Shown piece after piece: positions 26,740-40,509 of a stretch of 64,000 nt of DNA (the stretch's first letter is position 1; the number at the start of each line of letters is the position of its first letter). Under the pieces are notes generated by a model. It had not been told where the DNA came from, searched no databases, and worked only from the letters and a program-made list of their open reading frames with translations. A program made the translations under genes and the position numbers. The stretch is from Eledone cirrhosa (taxonomy: Eukaryota): assembly GCA_964016885.1 (NCBI GenBank), contig OZ024754.1:620001-684000 (forward strand), read 5' to 3'.

Positions 26740-27015
26740 GGGAGTTAGATATGGGTGAGGGACCTGGAGCAGCAGAAAAGACTGGAAATGAGAATGGGTC
26801 AATGGATGATCATGGTATCACTCAGTAGAAGGAAAACAAACAATGAATTGCAGAGCATGGTAGGAATAGAGCCAGCAATGAATGTTGTGAAGAGAAATGG
26901 AATCAGATGAGTGGGTCATGAGTTGAGGAAGGATGAAAATGACAGCTAAAGATGATAGGGGAAGAAATGAAAGCCAGGGTGCTGGTGAGGGCAAAATGGA
27001 GAATGTTGTCATGGG
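26740..27015 (+). mobile_element. Degraded RTE 3' fragment (similar pieces at ~23440-23650 and 24140-24290)
   Basis: Remnants of LEMRM..WM, GIE...NVV, VGHELRKDE. Confidence 0.55.
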
Positions 27016-27317
27016 TTCTATAAAGCTAACATCTGCTTTAGCAGGGAACATGATCTTAACACTTAATATCGTGTAATGATTTAGCAGAAAATATCCCAAA
27101 ATGGGTTTGCCTATTTGAATGTTAGTAGTATCTTTACTAGTGGACATACTATTGTGAAAATTGGCAGTATTAGGGTAATGTCTTTCATTTTAAATGTGAT
27201 GCAATCATAGTAATGCTTTGTACTCTTTTAAAAAGTCTTGCTTATCATGCAGTCTCGATAACTGAAATGTTCATTGCCTTTATTTTACTACATTATGTGT
27301 AAATTGTTTCTTCACAG

Positions 27318-27434
27318 GATCGTGATAGTCAGAAAATGCAGTGGATTAGCAGGTTTGTTGAAGAACTTAAAAATGACAAATGGGTTTTACCAGCCCTGAA
27401 ACAAATTAGAGAAATATGCCAGTTATTTCCTGAA
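27318..27434 (+). CDS. USP9X: USP9X-like coding exon 13
   Basis: cag|[39 protein letters not shown]|gtaagt. Confidence 0.95.
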
Positions 27435-27704
27435 GTAAGTTTCTCTTTATGCTGTAACTTGGTTTTTAAATGTGTGTATATATGCCACTCAAGAGCAACC
27501 TGACTTAGGGAGCTGGATTTATGAGGTGTGTGGTCGTCTACTGCTCTCTAAATCTAGGTACATCACTCATTTAAAATCACATAAAAAGCCAACTGTATGC
27601 AGCTCAATCCCTCCAATGCTAGGTGAGGCAACAGGTGTCAAAAAGATCTGCAAATCAATCTCTGGTCTTAAAAGGCATATGAGAGTGCATAAGCAGAGAC
27701 CTCA

Positions 27705-29471
27705 CTCTCCAGTTGGTCCTCTTCGCAATCCCTACACAAGCCAGATCACTGATGATCCCAAAGAATGTGCAGAACTCATTGCTGAGTGCTATGCAAGCAT
27801 TTTTACTGTTGAAAACCAGAATGTACCATCTCTAACATCAAATTCCATAACAACTATGGAATTTACACTTGCATTGCTGCGACGTCACCTTAAGAATAAG
27901 CGCAACTATGCCTCCCCTGGTCTTGATGGTGTTACATACCTGCTTCTCAAATGTGGCGGGTACTTCCTTTTGCACCAGCTTTCTTTCTTTCAATACTGTC
28001 TCAACAATGGTGCTACTCCGGAGCAGTGGAAAACTGCCAGTGTCATTCCCCTGTTCAAAAAGGGCGACCGCACGTCACCTGTCAACTAGCGTCCAGTCAG
28101 TCTTACTAGCTGTATTGCCAAACTGATGGAATCCTGTGTCAGAGAAATACTTTGGAACTTCTGGAGCTCTCACAGCATCATCCGGCCCTCGCAATTTGGA
28201 TTTATCCCTAACTCCAGCTGCTGTGATCAGCTTATCGAGTTCCTTGAAGACATTACCCGGATCACTGACAACAGCTCATGGGTGGATGTTGTTTACCTTG
28301 ACTTCGCTAAGGCTTTTAATACTGTGCCACACAAAAGACTTATGGCGGAACTCTCTGCAATGGGTGTGAGGGATGATCTTTTTAACTGGTTGAAATCCTT
28401 CATTCTCAGCCGAAAAGAGGTAGTCACGGTTATAGGACAGCATTCTTCACCATATGATGTGTCATCTGGTGTACCACAGGGATCTGTTCTTGGTCCCCTT
28501 TTGTTTGTTGCATACATTAATGACATAGATGCCAACTTAAAGAATGCCACAGTACTGAAATATGCAGATGACATCAAGCTGTACCTTGAAATCAAAAGGA
28601 CAGATCCTGAAATCTATAACTCTTTCCTACAATCAGACCTGGACACAATGCAGCAATGGATCACAGAATGGCAACTGAAGCTGGCTGTGGACAAGTGTAC
28701 CACCATGCATTTTGGGAGGTAAAATCCAGCGTCCACATACTCCCTCTACAACACTGATATCAAGAAGTTCTCTTGTGAACGTGACCTGGGCATTACTGTC
28801 AGCAGCAGTTTGCGTTGGACAAAGCACATCTCTAAAATTGTCAAGAAGGCCGAGGGTGTCTTGGCATCACTCAGCAAGACCTTTGTTAGCCGCTCTCCAG
28901 CCATCTATTTAAAGCTCTATACAGCTATGGTATGACCACACTTAGAATTCGCATCATCAGTCTGGAACCCCTATCTTGCTCAGAACATTGACCTCCTGGA
29001 AACTGTTCAGAGATGTGCAACCAAGCGCATACCCTCCATCAGACACCTACCATACTCTGAACGCCTTGCTTCCCTGGGCATGGATTCATTGAAGCGCCAA
29101 CGTCTGGCAATGGACTTGGTAAACACCCACAAAATTATTTACCATCTCGCCAACAACAACCCTGAGCACCTTTTTGATCTCCATGTGTCTAACACACGTG
29201 GACATGCCTACAAAGTCAGAAAACAGCACAGCTCCCATGACTTTCGGAAACATTTTTTCACACTTAGAGTTGCTGAAGCATGGAACAAACTGCCTGCGTC
29301 AGTTGTTAGCTGCCGAGACACTGCATCCTTTAAAACCCTCATGCTTCCCAAAATTCGCCAAAACTACACCTGATGTCCCCCTTCCATACACATGCACACA
29401 TGTGTATATCATGACTCGTGCACTGTTCATTTTCCTGACGTTTGTACATTACCCTATGTACTATACATGCA
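27705..29471 (+). mobile_element. 5'-truncated CR1-clade LINE, disrupted ORF2
   Basis: PGLDG, VIPLFKKG, RPVSLTS, LDFAKAF, VPQGSVLGPLLF, YADD, and the CR1-type end TRGHAYK...RKHFFTLRVAEAWNKLP. Confidence 0.93.
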
Positions 29472-29643
29472 AAGATGAAGCAATCGTCATGTATGTGTGC
29501 GTGTATACATAGTTTTATTCCAGAATGAGATTTTGTTAAGATGCCAGAAAAACTTTGACAACTTAACAAAATTTCATTCCTTATTGAACACAGTGGTATG
29601 CATGTGTGTATAATATTGTTTCATATTTTATGCTCTGTTGCAG

Positions 29644-29794
29644 ACATCTCAAAATTTTCCTCATGCTCAGCGAACTCCACACATGTATTATAGGAATCAA
29701 GTTATTAGTCAGTTACATCATCAACATTCTATTGTTATGCTAGTAGCTCAAAATTTAGCAACCTATATGGAAAATGCAAGATCTTATGCTAAAG
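29644..29794 (+). CDS. USP9X: USP9X-like coding exon 14
   Basis: cag|TSQNFPHAQRTPHMYYRNQVISQLHHQHSIVMLVAQNLATYMENARSYAK|gtaaac, phase 1. Confidence 0.93.
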
Positions 29795-30042
29795 GTAAAC
29801 TATTATATACACTTTTTAATGACAAAATAAATTGTAGGGTATCGGTTTCAGTACATTTTAAGCATTGATTTTTAGAGCCCCTCTATTTTATTTTTTATTG
29901 TCCCCTATTTATTCATCTATGTGTTAGTAATGTAGTATTTAAAATCAGTATCCGTTTTATTTTCTATTATTTATATATTTTAAGTTGAAGCAGATACCAC
30001 TCTCTGGTCATTTTGTTTTTAATGACAACCTAAAAATTCAGT

Positions 30043-30316
30043 CATCATCATCATTTCATTTTACGTCCGCTTTTTCCCTGCTTGCAAGGGTGGGACGGGA
30101 ACTGATTCTGGCTTGATTTCTACAGTTGGATGCCCTTCCTAACACCAACCTCATTTACAGTGAGTGCTGGGTGCTTTTTTGCCGTGGCACCTCCACGACC
30201 ACTTTGCAGTGGAATGATATGGACCCCAGTCCCTATCATCTCATTTCTACAGCTGAGTAAACTGGAGCAATGTGAAATAAAGTGTCTTGCTCAAGGAAAC
30301 AACACATCACCCGGTC
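30043..30316 (-). mobile_element. SINE family A copy, 5'-truncated
   Basis: Near-identical to 2143-2410. Confidence 0.88.
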
Positions 30317-30498
30317 ATATATTTATTAAAATTGGGTTTATGTATGTTGTTTTTTTTTAAAGAAATTGCATTAGTTAGTGATAAAAGTATGTATTCAAAT
30401 TGTATTTTACTCCAAAAAAAAAAAAAATCATTTTGATAAAAAGCAAATAATTTGAAGTTGTCAGACACAAGTTTGTTTATAATTATTTATTGAAAATG

Positions 30499-30850
30499 GG
30501 ATGTAGGTATAACCGAGTAGTTAAGAAGTTCGCTCCTCAATCACAAGGTCCTGGTTTTGATCATACTGCATAGCATCTTAGACAAATGTCTTAAACATTT
30601 TACCATAGCCTTGAGTTGACCCAAGTTTTCTGAATGAAACTGAGTAAACGGAAGCTGTGTAGAAGCGTGTCATATGAATTGTACCTGTAATCTAAAAGTC
30701 AGTAATATTGTATCATGCTGATTCTCACTGAGAATTGCTTTCAGTGGACATGTATCTGTGGAATACTCAACCATTTATGTTTTAATGAGTTGAATGTTCA
30801 GTTGATTGAATTAGAGAATACTCATTGTTGAAACTCTCAGTGGTCCATCA
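30499..30850 (+). mobile_element. tRNA SINE family C (related copies ~14060-14180, 37455-37790, 51350-51500)
   Basis: tRNA-like head, catcttagacaaatg, accatagccttgagttgacc, tgtggaatactcaacc shared among copies. Confidence 0.65.
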
Positions 30851-30957
30851 CCATCATTGCAAAATGAGTGAATTGTCTCCATTTCAATTACTTCACTAAA
30901 CAATACAATATATCATTGGAACAGAAATTCTCTAATTTTTTTAATTTGTTATTTTAG

Positions 30958-31045
30958 AACATCCATATGAAGATCCTAGTAATATTTATCCTGATGGCAG
31001 ATTCAACCATATTCAGCAAGTGCAGGAACGACTTCGATTCTTACG
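30958..31045 (+). CDS. USP9X: USP9X-like coding exon 15
   Basis: tag|HPYEDPSNIYPDGRFNHIQQVQERLRFL|gtgtgt. Confidence 0.92.
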
Positions 31046-31173
31046 GTGTGTTTTGACAATACTTAATAACGTATTTGAATTTTTTCATAACTTTTTGGAC
31101 TTTTGTTAACACCTAGGCATTTATTCAACTAAAAGTATATTAAAGTTGTATTCAGTTTTCAATGTACAAGATT

Positions 31174-31401
31174 TTAACCCTTTAGTATTTGTATTACTCT
31201 ATATCTACTATTGTATTTTCACAGTAAAGGCTTTACCTCACATAATTAGCTCACATAATATCAGATCTATGAGATTTTGATATTTTTTATTTTGAGAACA
31301 ATCCTTAATATCAGTATGAGTGGCCAATTACAGCCGGTTTAAACAGAAAGAGGTGAGATAATTCTGGCTGGATATGGCCGGTTTAAATGCTAAAGGGTTA
31401 A
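31174..31401. mobile_element. TTAA-flanked MITE family 1
   Basis: ttaa-ccctttagtattt ... aaatgctaaaggg-ttaa. Confidence 0.88.
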
Positions 31402-32999
31402 ATTCCATATAAACAAATTACATCATGTTCCTTTCATAGAAAGATATAAAACATCATGTTTTGTATAATGTAGCCTTGCAGAATACACAGTGGAAAGTTA
31501 TTTCAACTTACCTACTACTGGTAGTTTTCCTATTTTTATGTTGGCATTCTCAGCACTGATTTTGTGATTATCAATTTTCTTCTCAATATTATGTAGATTG
31601 GATGAATTTAGAGGGATATTTTTATTACAGGTTTTTGCCTTTCTTCCAACAGATATGTTTTTTTTTTTTCAGAATACCCTACCCTCAACTGTGTTGCTAC
31701 ATTTGCTTAAAACTGCAAATGGTTGCAATGCTTTTGAGTACCTTACAGCTTGGTAAATAGTTAAAAATAGTATTTACATTGCATATATTTACTATTACAC
31801 TCAACCAGGTATCAGCACCACTTATTACCTGGTCTGTGAACTGGGTAATATGTCATCTGATTCGTCAGATCTTCACTACTCATAAAACTTATAATCTTGC
31901 TTTACAAATAGTATGACATTTCCATTCACATGTGTTTTAGTACTAGTGGGTAGAACATTAAATTACCTCTTGTTCTTGTATGCAGTTGGTAGTAAGTTTC
32001 CTTTCTGACATATCTCCTCATTTTGAAAATGCTCTTTTTTTATACTCAATGATACCCCTTAGGGTATGGAAGTAATAATTTCAGGACCGTATACCCTAGG
32101 CCATGCTAACTTGGAACACTGTTTCTCCTCTCCGTATGAAAAATAAATCTGCAGTATTACCCAGCACATGACTTTCAAATTTTCCAGACTTTGAACCTCC
32201 ATTTTGCAGGCTTTGTCAATGGATAGTCTTTTTTCTAGGATATAAATATCTACCTTGGACACAGTCTAGAAAGGGTCTTATTTTAAATAAGGGGATGTAG
32301 TTTACATATCTATGTACTGGTGTACTGCTAGTGTCTAGTATGTGGAAGTAATAGCAAAGTTTTAGGAGGCACATTCAGGTCATTATATGGGAAATATAGG
32401 GGTCACCAAAAGGTTCATCTGCACTCCAGTAGTTGGTAATCCTGGGCAGTTTCTCGATGCCCGTTATAATATTTACAAAAAATCCCTGAATTTCCTCTGT
32501 ATGTAGAAAGCTATAATCAATCTCTCTTCTTAGTTTGTTTACATTCTTCATAGTATTTAGTTTCGACAGTTATTGCCTGGAACACTTTAACACTTTCATG
32601 ATTGCATTTCATTAGAAATGCAATACACACTATTTCAATTAATTAATGAAGAATTTTGAGGAATTTTTTAAAATTATCCATTATTTCATTACTAAGATAG
32701 TAACTTAATGTAAGGTTCTTATAAGAAATTAATTTTGTATGGAAACCTTTAAAAGGGGTTGTTTTATTTCATAGAGCCAGTTTTGGTCAGGTTGGTAACA
32801 AAAGAGTTGTGGAGGAGGGGGAAAAATAACAATCCACAGTTGTTGCATCACCAAAAAGACGGTGGTTAGGTCCTGGCTTTTCAGAAAAATATCTAAGAGT
32901 GTGTGTTTTGAAACTTTTCAAACTTTTCATTCATCTTGGAAAATATCACTTTCATTATCCATATCACTGCTGTTATTGTAATCAGTCACTATTGGTATC

Positions 33000-33345
33000 T
33001 GTGAAAATATATGGCTTAGTGGTTAAGGTGTTGGACTTATGATCATAATGTTGTGGTTCCAATTCCTGTACTGGGAGTCACATTGTGTTCCTGAACATCA
33101 TCATCATCGTCGTTTAATGTCTATCTGCCATGCTAGCATGGGTTTAGACGGGGCAAAACACTTCATTTCATGTTGCTCCAGTAAAGTCAGCTGAAAAATG
33201 AGTACCAGCAGCAGCTTGGAGTTAACCTTGCGATGAACTGATGTCCTGTTCAGGGGGAAGTCTTCACTTTTAGTTGCTTAATGCTGGGGAAACTGGGATA
33301 AACACCAACCTGGTTAGCCTCTGGACTTGGGGCAGACTTCAACTT
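33000..33345 (+). mobile_element. CORE-like tRNA SINE interrupted by a ~57-bp RTE tail (33096-33152, minus)
   Basis: tggcttagtgg A box; the CORE motif is split by catcatcatc...gccatgctagcatgggtttagacggg. Confidence 0.7.
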
Positions 33346-33462
33346 ATTTTTCTTCATTGGTAGCTGTAATCGAGATAATCCGATTCAAAATTCTCATATT
33401 GTTTTGCTTAGTCTTCATTTGTTTTTTTTAGCTTGTTTATCTATTAAAAAAAATATATATAT

Positions 33463-36234
33463 AGTAGTTCCAGTTAGTGATCGAATAATTAAGCTTAGAT
33501 TAGTTGTAGGCAGGAGACTACAGACAATCATCTCTGCCTACGAGAAAGACTGCTTTTACGAGCAACTTTTACAAACAACCGCAATGACAGAGGACGGAGA
33601 CATCGTTATGCTAGCAGGGGACTTCAATGGTCATGTTGAACAGCTCCAGGATGGTTACAACTGGGGTACATGGTGGGCACGGTTACGGATCAAGAAATGA
33701 AGGAGTGAGACTTCTTGAATTTTGTGATGCAAGTACACTGACTATTTACAACACTAACTTCCAGAAACCTGCCAACCACCTAATAACCTACAAATCTGGC
33801 GAGCACATAAGCCAGATTGACTTACTAGTTAGGCAGAGGGACAGGCAGATAGTGTCTATTACCAAGGCATACCCTGGGAAAGAATGTACCCCACAGCATA
33901 GGTTAGTTGTTAGTGATATCTCAGTAAGCAAGAGATGGAATGAGACATACAGGAAGGTGTGGAGAAGAAAGGTCTGGAAGCTAAAAGACCTTCCACTAAA
34001 ATACAAATTTAGGAAAGCCCTTCAAGATGTGTATGACGAAAAAGAAGACGATTTAGAGATGTATGACATAGATAATAACTGGAATTTCTTACGTGACAAC
34101 TTTCTGCAGGCTACTGATGAAATTTGTGGCCCGAGCAGAGCTCCAACCAGACAGTGATCTGGTGGTGGAACAGCACAGTAGATAAGGCCATTAGACAAAA
34201 GACTAGCATGGAAGGCTTGGGAAAAGGGTGGGAGTAGGGAAGGATATACAGCCGCTAAGAGAGAAGCTAGATATCAGGTGTACTTAGTATGCAGGGAGGC
34301 TGAGAGTAGGAGCTTTGCCAATGTTCTGCGACGGGAAGATCAGAGGCCTGCGGTGTTCCACATTGCAAGGCAGTGTGTCAATGCAAATCAGGATGTTGTT
34401 GGAGATAAATGTGTCCGGAATGATGCCGGTGTACTTCGTGTCACGAATGATCAGAAAAAGGAGGCCTGGAAATGTCATTATGAGAGACTGATGAATGTGG
34501 AGAACGAATGGGAGAGAGAAATTACCCTCAGTAGATCTGACAGAGGGACCAGCTATTGAGATTGATGAATATAGGGTCCAAGAGGCGATTAAGGAAATGA
34601 AAAGTGGTAAGGCTGCTGGACCATCGGGGATAGTTGCTGAGATGCTGAAGGCATTAGGGGACGTAGGCACTAAACTGGTTGCACGCATCATCAATCAGGC
34701 TATATATGATGGTGTCATACCCAAAGACTGGTGCAGCAGTATTCTCATAAATTGCTACAAAGGTAAAGGGGATGCTCTGGAGAGGAGCAATTATAGGGGT
34801 ATAAAACTGATGGATCAGGTTATGAAAGTGGCAGAAAGGATATTAAGACAACTAATTAGAGAAAAGGTCAAACAAGATGAGATGCAGTTTGGTTTTGTGC
34901 CTGGGAAGAGTACAACAGATGCCCTCTTCTTGGTGAGACAATTACAAGAGAGGTTCTTAGAGAAAAATAAGCCACTATACTTAGCCTTTGTTGACCTAGA
35001 GAAGGCCTTTGATAGGGTACCCCGATCTGTCATCTGATGGTCCCTAAGGAAACTAGGTGTTGAGGAATGGCTTGTGAGGACAGTGTAAACTTTGTACAGA
35101 GGTATTGTCAGTAAAGTCAGAGTAGGAATGGAGTTTAGTGAGGAATTCCAGATACAAGTAGGAGTACATCAGGGTTCGGTCCTCAGCCCGCTCTTGTTCA
35201 TTATAGTCCTCCAAGCCATAATAGAGGAGTTTAAGATTGGCTGTCCATGGGAACTTTTCTATGCTGATGATCTGGTTCTTTTAGCAGAATCACTAGAGGA
35301 GCTAGAGAATAAATTCTGGCTATGGAAACAGCAGTTGGAAGCAAGAGGACTGAGAGTGAACCTAGCTAAGACAAAAGTGTTGATGAGTAGAAAAGAGGAC
35401 AAAACTCTGATTCCGGCCATGTTCGATATGCAGAAAAGGAATGGCATAAATTCTATAAAATGCACACAATGCAGATCCTGGGTAAACAAGAGATGTAGCG
35501 GGATAGCAGGCAAACTAACAGGTCGGGAGAAATACGTATGCAGTAGATGTACTGGGAAATTAGACAGTAGAAGTCGCATTGATAGACACATTTTTCAAAT
35601 GCAGGCGGGTGCTATAGAAGTCGTGGATAGCTTCCGGTACCTAGGAGATTAGATTAGCATGAGAGGGGTGTTCCGAGGCCATAGTATTTAGAATAAGGAT
35701 GGGTTGGAAGAAGTTTAGGGAGCTGCTTCCTCTGCTGATGAAGAAGGGTTTCTCCCTGCGTACGAAAGGCCAGTTATATGATGCCTGTGTGAGGAGTGCG
35801 ATGCTGCATGGTAGTGAGACATGGGCAGCAACTGCAGAGGATATGCGACGGCTGGAGAGAAATGAGGCAAGCATGCTCCGTTGGATGTGCAATGTCAATG
35901 TGCGTGAACGACCCAACATGAATGTATTGAGAAACTGTGTCTGAGAGGGATAGAATGTAGTGTGCGAGAGAGGAGACTGAGGTGGTATGGACATGTAATG
36001 CGCATGGAGGATGACCGATGGGTGAAGAAGTGCCAGGAAATGCCAATTGAGGGAAGACGTGGTAGAGGTAAACCACAAAAAACATGGGAGGAGGTGGTGA
36101 GAACAGACCTCAGATAGCTGAAGCTCACGGTGGAGATGACGAAGGACCATGACAAGTGGAGAGATGCTGTGCTGAATAAGACCCGTCCCACCCTTGCAAG
36201 CAGGGAAAAGCGGACGTAAAATGATGATGATGAT
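33463..36234 (+). mobile_element. Long RTE LINE copy (endonuclease + RT), disrupted by stops and frameshifts
   Basis: GDFNGHV, QHRLVV, GKAAGPSG, SNYRGI, FVDLEKAFDRVPR, YADD, RLRWYGHV, ends KTRPTLASREKRT* + (ATG)n. Confidence 0.95.
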
Positions 36235-36579
36235 ACACAGTAATAGAACATTTTCAATTGACAATGTTGAAAAAATATCCAAAATTTCAGAGATACATAT
36301 TTTGTGATGAAAAATATCAGAATGACAATTGTTTATCGTGTGAAGTTGTATGTTATTGTGGACATAGTAATGAGATTCCTTTTGATATTTTTTATTTAAA
36401 TTTTGATTGGTCGATATTATTAGAGCAAACATTTATGGGCAGTTTTGAATGAGTTGGTATCGAAAGAGTTAATAACATTTAAAACCTTTGTTAAATCGTT
36501 ATGTTTTTGTTTAATATCTTAGCATCATTTTATGTATTGTAATGTTTTCCTGTTTTCTAATATATTTTTGTTTTTAAAG

Positions 36580-36631
36580 GTTTTTACTAAAAGATGGTCA
36601 ACTTTGGTTATGTGAAATTCAAGCCAAGCAG
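36580..36631 (+). CDS. USP9X: USP9X-like coding exon 16
   Basis: aag|FLLKDGQLWLCEIQAKQ|gtatta. Confidence 0.92.
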
Positions 36632-39600
36632 GTATTATACCTTGTATGTTTTCATTTCATTATGGTAGTATATGAAATATATATCTTCAGCAATACTTAC
36701 TGAAAACTAATCTTATTAATTTGATTACTACTTAATTTTACCAACCCAATGTGTTGAATGAATTGTTCACAGAAAAGCCAAAATTAAAAACAAGTTGTGC
36801 AAAATAATATTAGAGATAGAGGATAGTGTAAGCTAGACATTAAAATGTCAGACTTATCGATAAAATAACGGAAAATAAGGACACAGAGATATGCTTGTGT
36901 AGACTTGTTCAATATTAGTTGTCTGTATTTAATAAGTGCAGCATATATTTTGGCTTTTATATTAGGAAATCTATTTGCTCACTGATAATATCAATAGGTA
37001 ATTGATTTGGTTCTTTTGTTGTATATTAGGTTGAAATTTAAGGAGGTAAAAAATATGCTTGCTTTAGTTTAAAAATTTTAATTTGATGGTAATATTTACT
37101 TGAATTTTAAAATGTTCATAAATCTTCAAGATTAGCTTAATATTCTATAGGAGGCGGAAAATAAACTTGATACTTATATTTGAGCATTGTGAAGGAGATT
37201 AGTTACTGGAAAACTTAATCTTAATGATTCCTATTTGTACCACTAGAAAAAGAAAACACCAAAGCTGTTTTCTTAGTTGATTAAAAAAAAACATACAAAC
37301 AAAAATTTGAAATTCAGAAGTTTTATGATAGTGCAACATATTCTGATGTGGGCAATGGTGATATATCAGAATAAACACATAGAAGTTAGTTTTTTTTCTC
37401 CAATTGGTTCCTGAAATTTCTTCATTTTATTTAAAAAAAAAAAAATTTTTTTATCTGGTTCAAAAGTTTGCTTTGCAATCATTAGGTACTGAGTTAAACC
37501 CCATTGTGTGGCATCTTGGACAAGTTTCACTCACCATAGCCTTAGGTCGACTTAAGACTTGTGAGTGGAAGTGGGTGGACATAAACTGTTTAGAAAACTG
37601 TCGGGTGGATTGTACCTGCAATTCAAAGTGCCAGCCTTGTCGTGTTCTGCCGCACTGAATCTCTCAGAGAATTACATTACGGGTCGTGTACCTGTGGAAT
37701 GCTCAACCATTTGCATGTTAAATTCAAAGCAGGCTGTTCCATTGATCAAACAACTGGAACACACATTGTTGAAACCATTGTAGAGGTCCATTCCATTTTC
37801 TTTTAAAGAGATAATTCTGTCTGAAGAGCAAAATGTCAATTAATTAATTGGCTTGTATTATTTATATTGAGTTAGGATGGTGGATTGGCAGTATTGGTAG
37901 AGGGTCGGATGCCATGCTTTGCAGCAAAGAGTTACGGCCCTTTATGATCTGAGTTCAAATCCCGCCAAGGTTAACTTTTCCTTTCATCCTTATGGGGTTG
38001 ATAAAATAAAGTACCAGTAATACACTGGGTCGATTTAATCGACTTTCCCCTCCCCAAAATTGATGGCCTTGTGCCTATATAAGAAACTATTATTTATATT
38101 GGGTTGGTTAATTAGTCCAGCTAGGTCCTATAACATTGTCAAGAAATTTCTCAAGTTTCTAATCATATCCTTTCTTGGTTATTTTGAATGCCCAAGTTGC
38201 TGTTGTTTAGCTGTAATTAAACCCAATAATCAAAGAATGTAATACCCGAGTATTCTATAGGTTCAATCTCTCTTGGTTAGAAACAGGCATACAATGTCTA
38301 GTTATTTTAGTGTTTCACTGGATAAACTACTGCTTAATAAAGTTTTCCTACTTTACAATGTGTGATAATGTAGTTTTGTACTGCAGCTATAAGTCACTCA
38401 GATTCAATGTTTTACTGCTGTTGTTTCATCCAAGGTCAACTCTGTTTAAAAAGTAAGCTATGACCATTTCTTCTTTTATTCAGATTTAGGGTTATTAGGA
38501 TGACATTATTTGTTCTTTTTAAAGATAGTGGGGTGTGATTTCAGTTATGTTTGGCTCCCATCTTTTATTGATATATTGCTGTTTTTGACAAATATATTCT
38601 GTTAACATTCCTATTTCTTCTTGGGACTTTGCTATATTTTTATAGGAAGAATTAAGTTTTATATTTGTTTGTTTGTCAACAACAAAAATCTCTATTGAAT
38701 ACTTATTTAACTTTGGCAAATATTTTTGAGACATGTAGAGTTTGTAGTCTTTCATCTTTTGATAGTGTTAGCCATATAAGAAAGTGCAGTTGGATATTCA
38801 TTTTAGCATGTTAATGTCAAGAAAAAGTCTTATCTTATGGAACAAGTGTTTTACTTCTAATATAAATCTTTTTAACTACCATATTTATTTATTCTTGCTC
38901 AAATTATTTAAATTGAAAACACGAAGAGATATTATTTAATCTTATTTGGGACTATAATTTTAATAGGCTTTTCCATGAAAGATTATTTTTGTATTTTGTT
39001 TGGAAGTGTTAGTAGAAAAGGTCTTTTGTCCTGCATCATTATTTACAAATACAATAAAATATAATACCTAAAACTAATTTCTTACAATACTAAAATTATT
39101 AATTTGTTTCGTATAAATAAAACTATTTTACCCTTTCCCTCTTTTTCTATAATTAAAACTAATTCTTTGTTTTGTTTTTAATAAGTTATTAGAAATACAA
39201 TACTTTTACCCTTCAGATTGTTTCTCCCCAAATTGCTTATATTGTAATTATCATATAACTCCTCCCTCAGCTTTAAGTAATATAGTTTTTAAAGAAAATC
39301 TAAATTTAGCAGTGCTGGTATCATCATAAAATGCACCCAGTACAGTTTGGAAAGTGTTTGGCTTTAGGAAGTGCATCCAGTCATAGAAACTTTGCCAAAA
39401 AAAGGAACATAAAAATGAGATGAGGTTCTCCAACCTCTCCAGTCTCAATGACAAACCATCCAACCCATACCAGCATGGGTAGTGGGTGAAGAATGATGAT
39501 AATGATGATGATTTAAATGAAACTTTTGTCATTTAACAATCTACTGCAGTGATGTGCTTAGTTTGCAGTTGCACAAGATTAAAACAATCTATAGCATTCA

Positions 39601-40139
39601 CAACACCCATAGCTATTTTGGTATATGATAGTAGGAACATTATTAGTTTGTATGACTAGTTTCATAATGTTAGAATTTTCATTCTTCCCCTAAAAAAATC
39701 TCCTCCAGAGCCTAATCACTTTGAGGCATTCATTTTCTCAAGTTAACTCTTTCACTACTTGGCATTATATTTGCTATTTGGTGGTGGTTGTATTTTAATA
39801 AGATTTCACTACAAACTAAATTGATATATATATAATTGTTATAGTTTCAAAAATTATCAGTAAATTTTAAGACATTGTAATTTATTTGTATAAATGATAA
39901 CACTTTGAATTAGTCAATTTAAAAAATTAACAATCTATTTTCTTTGTTGATATTTGAGGCCAGATAATGTTTTTAAATTAAACAACTATATTTTGATAGC
40001 TTTTAGAATTGGAAGTAAAATGAATCATTTTAAACTACTATGTTAATAACTAAACTTTCTAATTATTTCAAACCTAATTAACTTCATCTTTTCCGGCACT
40101 ATTTCTCTTTATTATCTTGTTTAAATATTCCCTTTGCAG

Positions 40140-40211
40140 ATTTGGAAATGTCTAGCTGAAAATGCTATATATGTGGCTGATAGAGAATCTTGCTTTAAAT
40201 GGTTTGCAAAG
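40140..40211 (+). CDS. USP9X: USP9X-like coding exon 17
   Basis: cag|[24 protein letters not shown]|gtaata. Confidence 0.93.
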
Positions 40212-40509
40212 GTAATAATTGTTTATTTCATCATCATTGATGGAAATAGGGCGAATGATAAGTAGAATCATTATTGTCAGGACAAAATGCTTTGCTGTAT
40301 TTATTCCGGCTTTTGAAGTTCTGAGTTTAATCCTTGCTGAGGCTAACTTAGTTTTTTTAGCATTTTGGGGTCGATAAATAAAAATAAAGTACTAGTCTAG
40401 TACTAGTCAAATACTCCCCCCCCCCCCCCTCAAATTACTGGTTCTGCGTCTCATTTAGGAGCTATTATTATTGATGGAAATATAATTAAGAATAAATACA
40501 GGCATGCCT

